In this document: one piece after another, positions 11,990 to 24,994 of the stretch
Position numbering within the stretch: position 1 is the stretch's first letter
Layout of the letters: every line of letters begins with the position of its first letter
Assembly: GCA_973895155.1 (NCBI GenBank)
Contig: OZ316894.1
Coordinates: 6,782,234 to 6,846,233, forward strand
DNA length: 64,000 nt
Direction: 5' to 3'
Source: Marsupella aquatica
Taxonomy: Eukaryota; Plantae; Marchantiophyta
Translations under genes and position numbers: made by a program
The notes under the pieces: model-generated
What the model saw: only the letters and a program-made list of their open reading frames with translations
Databases searched by the model: none
Told to the model about the DNA's origin: nothing

Positions 11990-14900
11990 GTGTCGCATGC
12001 TCTATAGTCCAATCGCCTGGCAGTGTCGGTGGTGAACGACTGGCGATAGTGATTTGGTGAAGAGATCCGCACAGTTGTCTGCACTTGAAATTTGTAAAAT
12101 GTTGATCTCTGTTCCATGTAACTCATGGGTGTAGAAAAACTTTGGAGCTATATGCTTCACGCGATCTGCTTTATACATGCTGCGTTATCCTCAAAGATGT
12201 TAGTAGGCTTCGTTAGTGTTGGTAGGTCGCATTTGGTGTTGATGTGATTTATAAAAGATCGTAACCAAACGGCTTCATGACTAGCCTCATGTAGAGCTAA
12301 AATCTCTGAGTGATTCGATGAGGTTGCTGTTAGGGTTTGTTTCACGCTTTTCCAAGAAAAAGCGGTACCCCCTATAGTAAAAACATATCCGGTTTGGGAT
12401 TTTGCGGTGTCAGTGTCGAAAAGATATCCGGCGTCCGCATATCCTATGAGTTTGTGGTTTGCACCGAATGGGTAAAATAACCCGGTATTGGTGGTGCCAC
12501 GCAAATACCTAAATACGTGCTTAACTTCGTTCCAGTGTCTGGCTGTGGGGGTTGCACTATGTCTAGCTAGTAAGTTAACTGCAAATGCAATGTCAGGTCG
12601 AGTCTGATTTGCTAAATACATTAATGCTCCTATCGCAAAAAGATACGGAGTTTCCGGTCCTCGGGCCGGTCCTAATATTGGTTCATGTTCTTCGCGCTTG
12701 CGGAAAACATCAGTATTATTTTCTAATGAACGTACCACCATTGGTGACGTCAATGGGTGTGCTAGGTTTATATTGAACTATTTTAGGATCTTTTCAGTTT
12801 GTGTTGTTTGATGGAGCATCATGCCAGTAGACAAGATCTCCAATTGTAAGCCTAAGCAAAAGTTTGTATGTCCAAGGTCTTTCATCTCAAATGTTGATTT
12901 GAGACGAGTAATAATATCTTCTGTAATTTGGGGTGTCCCAAATATGTTTAAGTCATCGACATAAATAGAAACGATGACAAATTCATCATCCACATGTTTA
13001 ATAAATAAACATGGAGTAATTACATCATGAGAAAAACCCATGGCAATCATTTCATCAGTGAATCTTTGATACCATACTCTGCCACTTTATTTCAGGCCAT
13101 ATAATGCCTTCAACACGCGGATAGCTAGTCCACGGCAAGTATGTCGTACGGTTGACACAGGGGTGTCATTGTTATGAGTTACATGTGTAGATGACACATG
13201 AGATGTAATTTGAGGTAATTGGTTTATAATCTTATGTAAATATGGAATATGCGATGTAGTGCCTTGAGCTAAAGCTCGGCAACGTTGCTCCAACTCGGGA
13301 GGTGATCGCATGTATAGACAAGTGTCTAAAGTTGCACATAGATATGCGGTTGCGACATCCAGTTGTTGCATCTTAAGTTTATGGAAAATGGCAAATCCGA
13401 TAAGGTATCAAAATGTTGTGCTATCCATAACCGGTGAGTAAGTTTCATCGTAATGAATTCCCGGTTGTTGGGTAAATCCTTTCCCTACCAGACGTGCTTT
13501 GTAGCGTACAACCTGGCCTTTATCATTTCTTTTGCGGACGAAGGTCCACTTGTAGCCAATGAGATGTACGTCTTGCGGTGTTGGCTCAACTGGGCCAAAA
13601 GTGTGTCTGCTTAGTAGGGAATCTAATTCTCCGTTGATAGTTTTTTGTCATTCAGGCCAATCTGGTCTGTTTTGGCATTCTAAGATGGATATTGGTTCGG
13701 GTGTATCATCATTGATATGTGTTGCCACCATTAATGCAAAAGCATCATCTATTGAAGTAGTATTTCTATCCCACATCGCATCCATCGGTGTGTGCGTAGT
13801 GGATAGAGATCTCTTCATGAGTTGTAGATTCGGTATGATCGACATCAGGTGAAGGGGGTATAGATGAGCCATGCCTTCTTGGTTGTTTATCTTTTGATCC
13901 CAAGGGTCTACCACATTTGGCACGAGGCTGGGATGTACTTGCTGGCTCACTTGATAATTCGATGCGAGCAGATGCTCTCACAACTGGAATATGTGAGCGG
14001 GTAACTTTTGGTGTATCAACAAAAGCGTCTGGAAGTTCTTCCACAATCTTGTGGAGTTGCAAAATTCGTTAAACTTCTTTCTCTCCCTGATTGGTTCTAA
14101 GGTCTTGCCAAAATGGCGAATGTCTCTCCCACTCCAAAGGTGGTTGTGGGTGTTCAGGGGTTATTAATGGTGGGTAAATATGCTCATCAAAATGGCAATC
14201 TAGAAATCTAGCTTTAAAAACGTCGCCCGTTGTAGGCTCCATATATCTGATGATAGACGGTGAGTCGAATCTGATATATATCCCCAACTGTCATTGGGGT
14301 CCCATCTTGGTTTGTTTGGGTGGAGTAATGGGGACCATTACTTGACATCCAAATGAACGAAAATGGGATAGATCGGGTTTGATACAGTTAGCAATTTGGT
14401 ATGGACTATAAGTATTGAAAGCTGATGGGCGGTATTGAATTAATGCGTTAGCCTGTAATATGACATGTCCCCATGCTGAGACGGGTAGTTTTGACTGCAT
14501 TAGTAGTGGGCGTGCAATTAGCTGAAGGTGTTTAATGACAACTTCAGCTAATCCATTCTGGAAATGCACATGGGGTACGGATATTGTACATCGATGCCAA
14601 GTGATGTACAAAAGTCGTCAAATGTTTCAGATGTGAATTCCCCTGCATTGTCCACCCTTAGTGTCTTAATGGGGTGATCTGGAAATTATGCCTTCATGCG
14701 CAAGATTTGCGCCAAGATGCGAGGCATAACCATGTTCCTCGTTGAAAGCAGGGTCACATTTGACCATTTGGTTGATGCATCGATCAATACCATAAAGTAG
14801 CGAAATGGTCCGCTCGCTGGGTTAATTGGCCCGCAAACATCTGCATGTATGAGTTTCAGGAATTTTGGTATCTTGGTTGGCAATTTTGATGTCGTGGGCC

Positions 14901-16599
14901 TTGTTATTAATTTGCCGCGTGAGCATGCAGTGCATGGGGTGCTAGCTAGAATGTGGCGTATATTGGTTGGGATGCCGCATGAATTCTTAATAATTTTGCT
15001 TAGCATGGATTGGCCGGGGTGGCCGAGGCGTGCATGCCAGAGCGTGGGCAATTCGCTTGGTTGTGCATTGTTATGCAAACATTCAATTTGAGTTACGTAA
15101 AACCCGCATGGGTACGAGAAAAGAGTCTCTTTAATGATTTTCCCCGTAGGGGTATTTTTGACCAAATGGATTACTTCCTGGTCTTTTGTATCGCCTGCTT
15201 GAACGTATAGTCCATTTGCTCGTATATCTCTAAAACTGAGGAGGTTACGGGTTGCATTCGGGGCGAAGATAGCAGATTCTATGTGGATTTTTGTACCCTA
15301 TGGGAGTCTAATAGAAGCTGGGCTGAAGCCCTCTTCTATTTGGCTAGGGCCATTGATAGTGGTCAGTGATCTACGTGAAGGTGTGATCTTGTGGAAAAGG
15401 TGTCTATCCCGGAGGATAGTATGCGTAGTCGCACTGTCAATAATGCATGTGCTAGGGCTATTTAGGCCTGGGGTTGTGGAGCTACTTGCCACTAAATGTG
15501 CCTCGGGTTGGACAGGTGGATTTGAAAAGTCTTGGAATGGGTCGCTAGACTCCATAAACGCCCCGTGGGTCTCACGGGGTGGTGCCCTAGAGGTTTGTCC
15601 ATCCTTGAGTGACTGTTGATATAGGGATCTAAGATGTTGCAGGATTCTGCAGTTTCTTGCTAGGTGGTTTGTCATGCCGCATTTGTGGCATTTTGGGCAT
15701 TCCCGTTGTTGTCGAGATTGTGACCAATCATTTCTTCGGTTGTTGTTATATGTTCTCCCATCGGCGCGTCCTCCGCGTCCGCCATGTCCTTCACGTCCTC
15801 CGCGTCCTCCACGGCCTCCACGTCCTCTAAGGGGCCGTCAGAAATTTTGTTGTGGACGTTGGTTAAAGAAACTCCCCCTGTTGGGAGTGTTTCTCCGGTT
15901 GCCATTCCTGGTGCGCTTAATACCCTGCCTTGATGTGGAGGGTTCAACGATTTCTATATTATGGGTTTCACTTTGTGGTCCTGGGGTTAGTGTACCCGCA
16001 AGGCGTTTTCTAGAGTTAACTAAAAGAAGCTCTTGGTTTCTTTCTGTTACTAGGAGGTGGACGATGAACTCTGAGTATTGCCCGAACTTCATGTTCCGGT
16101 ACTGAGTTGATAGTAACACGTTCGAAGAATGAAATGTGGACAAGGTCTTTTCTAGCAGGTCCTTGTCGGTGACTGGCTCGCCATAGAGTGCAAGGGTTGA
16201 AATGATTCTGAAGAGCTCGCTATTGTAGGTTGAAATAAATGTAAAGTCATGGACCCGTAGGTTTAGCCAGTCTTGCCTGGCTCTAGGTAGTTCGACCAAT
16301 TTTTGGTGGTCGAATCGGGTCTGAAGCGCTGTCCATAGTTCGCGAGGGGTTGAGAGATGCATGTATTATCTTTGCAAGAACCTATGGATATGGCTTCTAA
16401 GAAATACTAGGGCCTTGGATTCATTGGCTTTGGTTAACGGGTCTGGTTGGGGTTCGCCAGCTAGTATGGGTTGAGTTATCTCTATAGCTGGGAGTAGGGT
16501 TAGCGAGGTTAGGTTCTCCTTGAGATTCATGGACCATTCTAGGTAATTGCTACCATCAATTTCTAGGGCTGGAAAAGTTAATTTCTCGAGGTTGGCCAT
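11990..16599 (-). pseudogene. Copia gag-pol polyprotein, disrupted by stops and frameshifts
   Basis: ORF fragments show Gag (ELWTALQTRFD, CHKCGMTNHLARNC zinc knuckle), protease (CIIDSATTH), integrase (WHARLGHP, CTAC, IHADVCGP, QNGLAE), RT (LDVATAYL, LYGLK, IYVDDL) and RNase H (GYADA, SNHSE, IFEDN). Confidence 0.93.
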
Positions 16600-18227
16600 C
16601 TAGGATTGCTATGTCACTAGCTTTCTAAGTTCCTTTTAATGGTAATTGGGGTGTATGTACTAGGACTTACCTATAGTAAAAGTCAACAAAGCACATTTAT
16701 GCGGCATGCAGGGTGTGTCTTGGTGAAGAGGGCATGCAAATCTGGAATTCAATTTTACGGTTTGCACTTAGGATTTAGGTTTTCCTTGTTATTTGGTTAA
16801 CTACAAAGTGTCCTTTGTATTGTTTCTTTCCTTTGTTAAATTGTGCAGTAATGGATTTTTGCAGTGTGTGCAGTTATGGGTGATTATTTACTCGTGCCCT
16901 GGTTAAGTGCACATGCAGCTTTGTAAAGTTAAGTTTTCTTTGTTACGGTGTGCAGTTATGAAGGTTTTGCGGTTATGTGTGCTTATTTGGTTAAGTGCAA
17001 CATTTCCCTTTGTAAGTGAGATCTCTTTGACGGATTGTGCGCTTAGGTATTTTGCACTTAAATGTGCGTTTATGGTTAAGTGCAACTTTTCCTTTGTATC
17101 TGAAATCTCTTTGACGGATTATGCAATTAAAGAGGGTTATGCATTTTCGACGTTCCCTCGACGTTTTTCGATTGAATGTTGTGAGATTTATCTAGTGGCG
17201 GTTGTGCCCCTTGTGTTCTCGTTCGGCCTTGCTTTGGTTCTTCAGGTTCTCTTATGGAGATCCTCCTCTTTCTTTTCTATCTCTTCTCTTATGTTTCTAC
17301 ATTTCTGCTTGTAGCCTTTGCTTTCGCTCTTCGCCTTTGTTTATCAGAGGGCTCCTTCTATTTCTTCAGTTCTGTCTTATTCCTGAATCCTCTATAATTG
17401 CTTCTTGATGCCTTTGATCCTTCTGTATCGTCTTACTCAGTGCAGCGAAGTGGGTGTTTCTAAGGGCATTCCTTAAGCTTCGATTTCGTGTAGCGCCTTT
17501 GGTCAGCCTTATCCTTTGATCCTTTATGATTTGCAATCTGCTGCTCTTATCCAATCAATCGACACCTCTTCGCCTTCCATCCTTATTCTCTTTCCTCTCG
17601 AGTTCTTCTTGTTTCCTATGGGATTTTTGAATGTGTCCCTATTTTTCTTATTCAGACTCCCTGCATTTTGTCTTATCCTTTCTCCTCTTTCGTTTCTGGC
17701 AATTTTGATCTCTTCACTCTCAAATTTCTTTCGGATTCCTACTATGTCCTTCGATCTCTCTCGGACTTTTCCTATCGGATTTGTTTTGCCTATTTTCTTT
17801 CGGATGGCTTCATCTCAATGTCTTCTCTTGTTTCTATCTACCTTGTTGATCTATTGCATCCTTATCGATTTACTTTCTCCCCTCAAAATTCTCCTTCTGC
17901 GCTATTGAGATTCAGTGGATTCAGATTCGATTGCACTTTTCAAACCATTTTTCCTCTCTTCTATTAGAGGGTTCATGTTTGATTCCTCGCTCCCTGTTTT
18001 CTGCAATCTCTATAGCCCTTCGAAAGTTTCTTAGCCTCCTTTTACTTCTGTGTGCTCATTCTTCCTTCTGTGATCTCGTTTGCACTTCTGCTTTGACTCT
18101 TCATTCGCCTTCATTTGCCTTCATTCGCCATAGTCTTGTTCAATTAGATTTTTCACCATTCGCCACTTAAAATTGCTCAATCTTTCATAGTTTTCTTTTC
18201 TTTCTCCTTTGCTCCTGTGGTTGAGCT

Positions 18228-18242
18228 CTCGTGCTGATAACG
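18228..18242 (-). other. Primer binding site complementary to the anticodon arm of tRNA-Ile(IAU)
   Basis: Plus strand CTCGTGCTGATAACG abuts the 5' LTR. Plant tRNA-Ile(AAU), recalled from memory, reads ...GTCGTGCTAATAACG in this region, with G here at the wobble position. Confidence 0.8.
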
Positions 18243-18356
18243 TGTGATAATGTGAATGTCAATAACTGTGTATAGAGTCTTGAATGGTGTGTACATATAG
18301 TTGTGTCGGGTGACCGACTGGTCCGGTCAACGGGTAAAGTCGGGTAGAGTCTAACA
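18243..18356 (-). repeat. 5' LTR of the Bianca copia
   Basis: Direct repeat of 11508-11621; adjacent to the PBS. Confidence 0.95.
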
Positions 18357-18835
18357 AATTCATAATTTTAGTCTCAAGTAATTGTTCTATTCATAATTGT
18401 AGTCTCAAGTAATTGTTCTTCAGAACATAGGTTACTGCAATGTCATTATGGGTTTGTGTACCTTGGTCACGCATATATGATGTATGACACCCGTGCATAC
18501 CGTGATAACCCTAGTTTTTTTCTTTCAATCAATGAATGCAGCCACATTTTGATGTGTGATTAGATTACCAGCAGGGCTTGGTCACGGAACCATAATGGAA
18601 TCTTTCATAATTGTAATCCCAAGTAATTGTTCAATTCATAATTGTAGTCTCAAGTAATTGTTCTTCAGAACATAGGTTACTGCAATGTCATTATGGGTTT
18701 GTGTACCTTGGTCACTGAACCATAATGGAATCGTACATCTTTTCTAATATTAATTAATAATCAAATGTGTACCTTGGTCATGGAACCATATTGGAATCAT
18801 ACATCTTTTCTAATGTTAATTAATAATCAAATGAT
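18357..18835. repeat. Compound local tandem duplications
   Basis: 31-bp unit CATAATTKTAGTCTCAAGTAATTGTTC (x4); ~55-bp block TTCTTCAGAACATAGG...GGTCAC at ~18416 and ~18661; ~66-bp unit GTGTACCTTGGTCA...ATCAAATG at ~18701 and ~18767. Confidence 0.8.
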
Positions 18836-19187
18836 TAAAAGATATTTCCCAAACAATCTAACAGCTATCGTTCATTCCCATCCAAAATATATTTTGTAAT
18901 GTAACAAAAGACAAAAATGAATCTAAGACCTTTCGTTCATTCCTGTCCGAAATGCATTTTGTAATGGAACAAAAAACAAAAATGAATGGAATTTAAAGTT
19001 GTAGATGAAGATCATTAACAAGATGACACCCACCTTGGGGATCTAAATGACAGGTTGTATGCGCGTTTATGATCTGATGTTCAAACCCTCATGTGAGAGT
19101 TGCTGCCAACAACTCTGAAACGATAATAGTTTTACAGAATATGGGTCTTCTAATATTGTAACTGCCCGTAGACGCCATCAGTTGGGA

Positions 19188-19345
19188 ATTTATGTGGAGC
19201 ATAGGTGTAGAACCCTTTCCTAAGCTTAGAATGTATGAAGAGGATGAAAGACATTTTAAAACTTCATTTGGGCATTTATGTGGAGCATAGGTGTAGAACC
19301 CTTTTCTGAGCTTAGAGTGTATGAAGAGGATAAGACATTTTTAAA
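19188..19345. repeat. Two-copy tandem repeat, ~86-bp period
   Basis: ATTTATGTGGAGCATAGGTGTAGAACCCTTT...GTATGAAGAGGAT starting at 19188 and 19274. Confidence 0.85.
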
Positions 19346-20172
19346 AATTTAAACGAGTACAAAATGAGGTGCAAACTTCCCTAATGAGGTGCAAAATTCC
19401 CTGAACACATTGTATGTACTCTCAAACAAAGGTAACCTGCCAAGTTCAGTGGATATTGTAAGGCATGCTTGCCATAGTAGTACACCATTCTATCAGCACG
19501 TACGGCATCCAGGAGGATTGCTGTCCAGCTCATATAGGGACTAGTTGAGGTCTGGATAGACCCCAAAAAGACCTGCATAAAATCAGAACTCGAGAAATGA
19601 TCCCTGACAAGGAAATAAACCCTAAACCCTAAACAGCATCTGGCATTCGTGCGCAGTAAAAATTTTGAACAACATTTCATACATCTCCCGTCAATTGCCC
19701 GGCTTTTCCTCTAATATACTAATTCCCATCGGGGACAATCCAGATATTCAGTCCTAAGCCCCTACAGCCCAATGCCACACAGCAAACACGTAGAAGTATT
19801 ACAAATTCCGAAGCCAATACAAAAGAATGGAACTAGTGAAAATTTCTAATTGGTCATAACCGTGACGTTGGGTTGCTTGGTGTGTTGGACCGGTACGTGC
19901 CATAGTCCGCAACTTTTCCACGAGGCTGCCCTAAGAAAAGATTAGCTACACCCCTATAGGCCTACAGGAGACCCTTCACGGAACCAAACGACTAAGTTCG
20001 GGCCTACATCAACCGTCACAATGTACTGTACAGTGCAAATTTTGCACATTGAAATAAATCCCTGGAACAAATCTGGTTGTATCCTCTTGGAAAGGAAGAC
20101 TGGTCAAAAAATCCTATACAGCTCCAAAGTAAGCCTAAACACATGTACAGAAATGGACAGCCCAGCCAAGGC

Positions 20173-22805
20173 CTAAAACGGTTTGTCGTTGAGACCAGTA
20201 GCACGGTACTGGGATGGTATTCGCGATGTCACTTGAGGAAGTAAACTATCTTTCTTCTTTCGGAGAGCATTGAGACAACTTAAAAGCGTCCCTCGTGTCT
20301 TCTTTCCTCCTCGCATGTGAGATGGATCAGCATCTGCAGACAAGCAAAGGTCAGTGCGTATTGAGCCCCGCTAATAAATAGGAAGTTGGAATGAACTACA
20401 CATCTCATATGATGAATTCGCGTCTGGAAACATACAAGCTCATTCTGAACCACAAGATTCAAGTCCAAGGGAAGTCAGGAAATAGCCACAGATCAGCTTA
20501 GGTGCACTATCAGATACGAAACAGCAAAATCTGAGAACTTTGAGTTATGGCTACGAACTAGACCAACAGAGCAGAGCAAGCAGAAGTGCTCTTACCATGA
20601 CGAACATAACCTTGATAAGGACCACCTGCTCCTGGAAGAACACTCTCATTCGCAGCGAGGGAGATGAAGAAAGCAAATGGTACGATCCACAGCGTCACCA
20701 ACATAAAACCAAGCACCCATTCAATACTGACATGTGCGCACCGCGGATCTTGGAGAAAGAACCGCAACCAAGCGATATGACTGATGACGAGAAGACCTGA
20801 ACCACAATCGTAGATATCCTTAGGTAGGTAAAATTCCAGTGGAAGACGTTGATTTACTACCCAGGAAGCACTAGATTCAGTCGATAGGTGTAGCCTTAAT
20901 CCCTTTCCAAAAAACCTTTCTAACTAACACAATATAAAACTTACATAGGGGAATATCACAGCCACCTTAACGTTCTACTACATTCCTTCCAAATCACTAA
21001 AACAAACCCACTTTGTTGATATGTCAGAATCTAAAGACTTGTCACCCCGTTGCATCAGCAACTAGGTTCGTTTTCGGGTGACCATTAATATTGCTTGGGG
21101 TGGATTTAAATTTTCCCTTTAAATAAAACTAGGCACGTGAGCAGGCAGAATGCATTCCATGGCAAGCACGATTCACTTGGCACCGTCATCGATTACACAA
21201 AGGTCAAAATGTCAGTCAGAACTGACCTCTGGAACTCGATAGGATGGAGACAGAAACCATGCAAATAGCCTAGGTGCATCTTAAAACTGTAGAACAGCCC
21301 TACCAACGTGACTATAATTCTTTTCCCAGTGTTCAGACTTTTAATTTCAATGCACTGTGGCGAGAATTTAAATTCATGGTAAGTCTAGAAATTTTTATAA
21401 AATGATTACCCAAAGCAGAGAGGGACACACAACTGGAAACAAATTTACTTACTGACGCTAGCAATAAAATCATGGGAAGTAAGACTGATGTACGGGAACG
21501 TCTTCAGCATTCGATAATAGAAAACGTGCGCAGCTATGCCTAGGGCAATGCAAAGAAACGGCAAGCGATCCCATAGAAGAAGCACCACATGAATGCCAAT
21601 GACGCCCTGCAAGGAAACAAACTGCAGATAAGGATTTTCGTCTTCCACCCATAGCGTCTTCTTGTCAATAGCTGAAGAAATTCTTACGTCAGCCCAAAAC
21701 AGATCACCGGCTACTTCCAATGACAACAAGCCAGGGGATCTGGTTGAATCCTCCGGCTGAACTGCACTTGGCAGTGAAATTGATTACTTAATAAGGGGCC
21801 AATTTCTTGTAAGAAGGTGATTGATCAGGACGAAGAGAATGATGCCTGACAATGCCTCACCACCAAGACGAGACAATTTAGAAGAAGTAGAAACCTTAAT
21901 TGTATAGTTGATGATACGCTTGGTCAATCTAGTATACTCCTCCACAAGCTCTGCCACGTAGTAAAGACCCGTCGCTGCAACAAGACGGCAACTGGTTAGC
22001 TACAGTCAACGGAAGAGTCCAGAAAAAGGAGAAGGTAGCCAATAGTGTGGAGAGGCTCCACTTCATGAGACCACAAAATCTGTTAACAATATAGAATTCC
22101 TTACCATGAATGCATCTACAGCACTAGATGCAAATTCCCGTTTCAACAGATTTTCACAGGTCCAGACCGAAGAACGAGCTTATGTAGATGTAGGGATGGC
22201 AGTGCGAAGTACTTTCTAATAAGACATCGAACCCCAATGTGGAAGTACCACTCTACACCGTCTACCACAATTACTCACCAGCCAAGGAAGGAAAAACTCC
22301 AACTGGCCTTAAAATGCACTCAGAAAGGGAGAAATTGTCGTAGCCTCGGGCACGGGGTCTACACGAGATTCCTCAATCATGGTCTGCTATAGGCCATGCT
22401 CTCTTCCGCTACCTGGCTAATTTGCAAACCAGCTGAGAAAAGCGAGACTGCGAGACCTCAAAGTGGTTGCTCAGCCCACTCGTCAAGACAACGTAACACT
22501 CCACTACCATTTAGAAGCCTTCCAATTATTGAATTAGTTCATCCGACGGAACCTTTCACATTAAATACTACCCAAGAACCCTAGATCCCTTTTCAGACCC
22601 AACATATGAACCCAAAAAGCAACCACCATCAGCCACTCTGCGACACCAAACACAGTATCAGCCAGCCCACCAACCAACCAACCTAAGTAACACCACCGGG
22701 GTAGAGTTCGCAAACGACGGAACGAACATACTCACCGAGGCAAACGGCAAAAAAGACAAGAAAGAGATAGAAGCCGGCGTAGACGACCACCGGGGCAGCT
22801 GCCAT
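20173..22805 (-). CDS. TEX261: TEX261/Svp26 (Erv26-family) ER-Golgi cargo receptor, 221 aa. Exons 22805-22736, 21974-21895, 21606-21453, 20796-20596, 20333-20173
   Basis: GT-AG splicing gives 666 nt in frame: MAAAPVVVYAGFYLFLVFFAVCLATGLYYVAELVEEYTRLTKRII...LKTFPYISLTS...WIVPFAFFISLAANESVLP...RKKKDSLLPQ...KPF*. GLYY.AELVEEY and W.VPFAFF.SL.A.E.VLP are family hallmarks. Confidence 0.93.
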
Positions 22806-23043
22806 TGCTGCAATACAGATTCCAGTCCTATCTCGTTGCACAATGTCTCATCCAATTCGCGGAATTAAGCCAATGTTTATGGCAAATTCCAGTGAACTCC
22901 GCACCAGCCAAACACATACCACAATCCAGATCCAACGTCAGCTCCGGTGCTCTATTATGAAACCCGACCCACCTCTTTCCCCTCCGTAAATTCTTCTCGT
23001 GAGACGGGACACTACTGACAAGTCAGTGGTGATCTCCAACGCG

Positions 23044-23052
23044 AAACCCTAA
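23044..23052. promoter_or_regulatory. Telo-box (AAACCCTAA) upstream of TEX261
   Basis: Exact motif about 240 bp upstream of the ATG; function inferred only from known plant promoter usage. Confidence 0.4.
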
Positions 23053-23647
23053 TCATACCCCGTTGCGCTCTTCTCTCCCTCTGACCCCCGTGCTCTCAAC
23101 GGTCCTCTTTTTCCAGAATGTCAGTGTCAATTGCAGCCCGCGCCAAATGGAATCGATTGTAACAATCCGGATTTCAGAAATTATTCACACAGACTGCTTC
23201 GATCCAGCAAACTACATTACACCACTGTACACTAACTCGCCTGCCACATTATGTCCTCCTTCTACGAGGACCTGTGCTAGCTTGCTGCTTGCTTGCTAGA
23301 CCGCGACTTGAGAGCCACAAACACTGAGTCTGGGACCGATGTTTTCGTTTCACCTGGTCATTCCACGGCACTGATTGGTTGGGAGCCGTAGATCGACGGT
23401 CTCAATAGCCTCGAAAGAGTATCGCTGTGTCTTCAGGACCTTGACATCATGCTACAGTCGAGGGGAATGATGGACAGGAACGGATTCCACGAAATTCTCT
23501 TTTGCTTCAGCTGAATAGATCGGCGATTTTTGACGGTGAGCAGACTAATCATAATACACCACGTCAGCTGCATTCATAGTGACTTACATGTACACAGGAG
23601 TTTGTAGATAGTTTGTAGATAGGAAGATTTTTTCCGACATTGCTATA

Positions 23648-23725
23648 TGGCCAATACCTTCTACCTTATTTTGTCTTATTAGAAATGGCTAATACCTTCT
23701 ACCTTATTTTGTCTTATTAGAAATA
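23648..23725. repeat. Two-copy ~38-bp tandem repeat
   Basis: TGGCYAATACCTTCTACCTTATTTTGTCTTATTAGAAA twice. Confidence 0.85.
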
Positions 23726-24994
23726 TGAGTTCTGAATTTTCTTTTAAATCTGGCCTAGTGTATCATTTCACTTTGTATTGGTTTGAATTTAACAAATTAT
23801 CTAACCCCTTTAATTATATGATTTGATATGTTTTATTGTGATAGCTTATCATGTATTTGATGAGATTTTTTTCTGTCATTCATCCTCTATTGCACGAGAT
23901 GGTCAGACTCACCAGGATGCACCCAGTACAAAAACCAGAGATGCCCTGTAGGTTATATGTCCATTGGTGAAAAACTTTCCGACCCTTATGGTTTAGAGGC
24001 TAACAGGTGTCACCTAAATAGTGAATCTTTCAATAGGGCCTACAAGTAGAGTACAAAGCTAGAGTATAAAGCTAACATACTTTTTTGTCAACCACAAAAT
24101 ACTATACCTCTAAGATACATTGACTTATAAGTTATGTATTTGTTTTTCACCTAAAAAGTACGATAGTTTCTTCACTTTAAAGGTGTGCATTTTTATTCTA
24201 TTTATTTATTTGATTCCCTGTTTTAATGCATTTGAATACTATGCTATAATTACTATTCGATATTTACATAGGATACAATTGACATTATTGTCAATAAGTT
24301 AAAATAACTGTGTCTTAGAACGAACATGCTATATAACAACTTCTTAAGAGGGCATTTTGTCCATGGACCACATTTCTGAAAATTTGAGATTTAGCCCTAA
24401 TAACTTGATATTGATTCAAATATTCTATAGTTCTAGGGATATGCTAGTGGAGTAGCTAAGCTACACTTCCATCAGAGTAAGATGTCATTGCACAAAAGAC
24501 TGGCTATGATCACCACAAAAGTATGACAAAATAAGAGGTGCTTTTTTGTTTTCTTTCTTTTTTACCTATTTTTGTTTGTGTTCTTTTTAAACCTTAACCC
24601 TCCCTTTTCCCCCATTTTCACTATTTTTTGTCTCCTTTTTTTCTCATTCACCATCACTCGTCACCCCATGCCACACCCATGCGTGGCTGGAGCCCTTCGA
24701 GGAGCTGCCCTACATTGCGAGTGTGCCCCTTGCCTGACACCTTGCCATTAACGCTTGTGCTGTGCTCTTCACTATGTCTTTGGGCTTTAATATTGCTTTT
24801 GTTTTTTGCATTGAAAATGACAATGCACATGTCTGTAAAAATAACATAAATATTAGGAAAATAGTTTTTTATTTATTAGTGTATGCAATTCCTCCTATCC
24901 ATATTAGACAAAACTATGTTGCATCACAATATTTACTTGTATGAGAAAATATATAATACTTACTTGTATGTGAGAATATATATATATATATATT

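Larger units (their letters stand above)
11508..18356 (-). mobile_element. Full-length decayed Ty1/copia LTR retrotransposon, Bianca lineage
   Basis: 114-bp TG..CA LTRs at 11508-11621 and 18243-18356 (4 mismatches). TSD AATTT/AATTC. PPT AAGGGGGAG next to the left LTR and PBS CGTTATCAGCACGAG next to the right LTR. Domain order is gag-PR-INT-RT-RH. The Gag N-terminus MANLEKLTFPALEIDGSNYLEW is Bianca-like. Confidence 0.95.

Noticed and set aside
15674-16105. 143-aa Pro/Arg-rich plus-strand ORF
   Set aside because: Antisense of the copia Gag RGG-repeat region.
16907-18170. Several hydrophobic Phe/Leu/Ser-rich plus-strand ORFs resembling membrane or env proteins
   Set aside because: Explained by the pyrimidine-rich strand of the copia leader; overlapping frames all look alike and show no motif.
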